In this document: positions 52,108-54,179 of the stretch, one piece after another
Layout: every line of letters begins with the position of its first letter
Position numbering within the stretch: position 1 is the stretch's first letter
Source of the DNA: Verrucomicrobiota bacterium
GTDB lineage: Bacteria > Verrucomicrobiota > Verrucomicrobiia > Limisphaerales > SIBE01
DNA length: 54,179 bases
Reading direction: 5' to 3'
Assembly (NCBI GenBank): GCA_016190065.1
Contig: JACPRI010000259.1
Span: 1-54,179 of the forward strand
Notes under the pieces: generated by a model
Told to the model about the DNA's origin: nothing
What the model saw: the letters and a program-made list of their open reading frames with translations, nothing else
Database searches by the model: none
Position numbers and translations under genes: made by a program

Positions 52108-52185
52108 GCAGGCATCCTGCCTGCCAGTTTTGCTCGAGAACAACGCGGCTGGAAGCCGCTCGAACTGGCAGGCTGGAAGCCTGCC
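52108..52185. repeat. family G compound hairpin element
   Basis: GCAGGCA-tcc-TGCCTGC (52108-52124), GCGGC-tggaa-GCCGC (52145-52159) and GGCAGGC-tggaa-GCCTGCC (52167-52185). A long-range stem CTGCCAGTT (52121-52129) / AACTGGCAG (52163-52171) is also present. Confidence 0.7.
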
Positions 52186-52266
52186 CTACACCGCGCGCCG
52201 CCGATAATTTCCTTGCTGGGGTACGGGAATGCTTTCAAGATCACTCAGGACCAACTCACTCAGCGT

Positions 52267-52824
52267 ATGGACTTCCTCATCTATCTGGTTTGCTTGGTGA
52301 TCGGAGTTATCTTCGTCCTCTTCACCGCGATAGCAGGCCACTTTTTTGGAGGTCACGACGCGCACGTCATCGGAAGCGGCGGACACGCGGAAGCCGGCGC
52401 GGACATGAGCGACGCTCCGGGGATTTCGGTCTTCAGCCCAACCGTCATTGCCTCGTTCGTCACCTCCTTCGGCGGGCTCGGAATCATCCTCAGCCAATTC
52501 AATGCGACGAAAAGCCCGTGGATCAGCGCGCCGCTGGCGACCGTTGGCGCGGCCATGATCGCCGGCTCGTTCCTGCTCGTTCTCCGCAGTGTGATGACCA
52601 AGACGCAGAGTTCGAGCGAACCTCACATCGCGGATTTGGTCGGTGTCACGGCGACGATCATCACGCCGATTCCGGAAAATGGAGTGGGAGAGATTGCCTA
52701 CGTCTATGCTGGAAGCCGCTACACCGCGCCGGCGCGCGAAGAACGCGGCGCGGCCATCGGCAGCGGCGCTTCTGTCAAGATCACGCGCGTCGCCGGTTCT
52801 CAATTTCACGTGGTCAAAGTTTGA
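52267..52824 (+). CDS. NfeD-family membrane protein
   Basis: Three TM helices, then a C-terminal OB-like LVGVTATIITPIPENGVGEIAYVYAGSRYTAPA ... GASVKITRVAGSQFHVV. It is directly upstream of flotillin. Confidence 0.8.
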   Translation: MDFLIYLVCLVIGVIFVLFTAIAGHFFGGHDAHVIGSGGHAEAGADMSDAPGISVFSPTVIASFVTSFGGLGIILSQFNATKSPWISAPLATVGAAMIAGSFLLVLRSVMTKTQSSSEPHIADLVGVTATIITPIPENGVGEIAYVYAGSRYTAPAREERGAAIGSGASVKITRVAGSQFHVVKV

Positions 52825-52861
52825 ACGCGGCTTAGCCAATCCCAAACATCGCTCCGATCGT

Positions 52862-54179
52862 ATGAACCCAACACCGTTCCTGGCCCAATTGTTACCGAGC
52901 AGCGGTCTGATCATCGGCTCCGTCATCATCATCGTTCTGGTGATGTTGGTCCTGTTCGCCTACATGCTCAGCCGCTACACCAAAGTCGGCCCAAACGAGG
53001 TCCTGGTCGTCTCGGGTATCAAACGAAAAGTGAAGGACGCCGAAGGCAACGTGCAGCACCGCGGCTTCCGCATCGTCAAAGGCGGCGGCGCGTACATCTG
53101 GCCGATTTTCGAGAAAGTCGATGTCCTCTCCTTGGAACTGCTGACCATCGATGTGCAAACGCCTGAGGTTTACACGAGCAAAGGCGTGCCCGTCAAAGTG
53201 GACGGCGTGGCGCAGACCAAGGTCAAGGGCGATGACATTTCGATCGCGACCGCTTCCGAGCAATTTCTCGGAAAATCGACCGAAGAAATCCGCAATATCG
53301 CCACGCAGACTCTCGAAGGGCATTTGCGCGCGATCCTCGGAACGATGACGGTGGAGGATATTTACCAAAACCGCGACCAGTTCGCTCAGAAAGTGCAGGA
53401 GGTCGCGGCGGGCGACATGGCGAACATGGGCTTGGGCATCGTCAGCTTCACCATCCGTGACATCCGGGATTCGCAGGGTTACCTCGAAGCGCTGGGCAAA
53501 CCACGCATCGCTCAGGTCAAACGCGACGCGCAGATCGCCCAGGCCGAAGCCGACCGCGACGCGATGATCAAGTCGTCGCAAGCCCAGCAGGCGGGCCAGG
53601 AAGCCAAGTTCATTGCCGACACGAGGATCGCCGAGGCGCAGCGCGATTATCAATCGAACGTCGCGCAGTACCAGGCGGCGGTGAATCAGAAAAAAGCCGA
53701 GTCGGATCTGGCTTACGACTTGCAGAAATTCAAGACCGGCCAACTGGTCAAAGCCGAAGAGGTCCAGGTCAGCATCATCGAGAAACAGAAACAGATCGAG
53801 CTGCAGCAACAAGAAATTCAGCGCAAGCAGCGCGAACTGGAAGCCAACGTGCAGAAACCGGCGGACGCCGAACGCTACAAGGTCGAGACGCTCGCTAACG
53901 CGAAGAAGTTCCAACTGGAAACGGAAGCGGCGGGTGCTGCCTCTGCGGCCAAGGCCCAGGGATTTGCGGCGGCGGATGTGGCCAAAGCCACCGGCCTTGC
54001 CGAGGCCGAAGCCAACAGAGCACGCGGTCTCGCCGAAGCCGCCATCATCGAGGCCCAAGGCAAGGCCACGGCCGAGTCGATGCGCGTCAAGGCCGAATCA
54101 TTCAAGCAATACAACGAAGCCGCCGTCATCGAAATGATCGTGCGCGTGCTGCCGGATGTCGCGGGCAAGGTCAGCGAAC
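52862..54179 (+). CDS. flotillin (SPFH/band-7 family), 3-prime partial
   Basis: This gene is not in the supplied ORF track because the frame is still open at the window end. My translation from ATG 52862 reads MNPTPFLAQLLPSSGLIIGSVIIIVLVMLVLFAYMLSRYTKVGPNEVLVVSG ... GFRIVKGGGAYIWPIFEKVDVLSLELLTIDV ... followed by a long Ala/Glu/Gln-rich coiled coil (ERYKVETLANAKKFQLETEAAG). Confidence 0.92.
   Translation, partial: MNPTPFLAQLLPSSGLIIGSVIIIVLVMLVLFAYMLSRYTKVGPNEVLVVSGIKRKVKDAEGNVQHRGFRIVKGGGAYIWPIFEKVDVLSLELLTIDVQTPEVYTSKGVPVKVDGVAQTKVKGDDISIATASEQFLGKSTEEIRNIATQTLEGHLRAILGTMTVEDIYQNRDQFAQKVQEVAAGDMANMGLGIVSFTIRDIRDSQGYLEALGKPRIAQVKRDAQIAQAEADRDAMIKSSQAQQAGQEAKFIADTRIAEAQRDYQSNVAQYQAAVNQKKAESDLAYDLQKFKTGQLVKAEEVQVSIIEKQKQIELQQQEIQRKQRELEANVQKPADAERYKVETLANAKKFQLETEAAGAASAAKAQGFAAADVAKATGLAEAEANRARGLAEAAIIEAQGKATAESMRVKAESFKQYNEAAVIEMIVRVLPDVAGKVSE

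Noticed and set aside
52892-54058. A 388-aa minus-strand ORF at the window end.
   Set aside because: It is antisense to the flotillin frame that starts at 52862. The product is a Leu/Arg/Asp/Phe-rich mirror of the coiled coil.
1-54179. A search for tRNA, rRNA, tmRNA, SRP RNA, transposase, integrase, phage, toxin-antitoxin or known defence-system genes.
   Set aside because: I found no T-loop-like GGTTCGAATCC context or rRNA-like stretch by eye. No ORF has transposase, integrase or cas signatures. The MITE-like families therefore have no autonomous partner in this window. A proper tRNAscan-SE/Infernal/DefenseFinder run would be needed to be certain.

Overview
This is a 54.2-kb GC-rich chromosomal segment (about 60% GC by eye, not computed). 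The gene content suggests a PVC-type bacterium, probably Verrucomicrobiota. That is an inference from a DUF1559/prepilin-type protein, tandem DUF1080 domains, a TAT-signal Gfo/Idh/MocA oxidoreductase and a very long GreA-like factor. I support 38 protein-coding genes and 3 gene relics. Nearly all are ordinary core functions: glmS, lgt, rluD, aroB, rsmB, a SuhB-like IMPase, ffh, queG, aroK, glnD and a ROK glucokinase. There is also a MoxR-DUF58-transglutaminase operon, two convergent ECF sigma/anti-sigma modules, a divergent GT4 / TPR-GT41 glycosyltransferase pair, and an NfeD-flotillin pair. The flotillin gene runs off the 3-prime end and is missing from the supplied ORF track. I recognised no rRNA, tRNA, CRISPR array, cas gene, transposase, integrase or phage gene, and I found no convincing multi-gene defence or secretion system. 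The unusual feature is a very dense population of short structured repeats, in at least seven families that I label A to H plus octamer arrays. They include 150-185-nt and 70-95-nt elements with inverted termini, hairpin modules, and heptamer- and octamer-phased arrays. Several sit in-frame inside otherwise conserved genes (rsmB, the IMPase-family gene, a GT2 glycosyltransferase, a zf-HC2 anti-sigma factor, an 802-aa lipoprotein-like gene, probably queG and the transglutaminase gene). This resembles the behaviour described for Rickettsia palindromic elements. A 32-nt AT-rich motif is conserved 29/32 upstream of both aroB and ffh, in the same orientation as each gene. Repeat coordinates were placed by eye and may be off by a few nt. 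Copy numbers outside this window are unknown. Many long ORFs in the track are antisense artefacts of GC-rich coding sequence and were not called.
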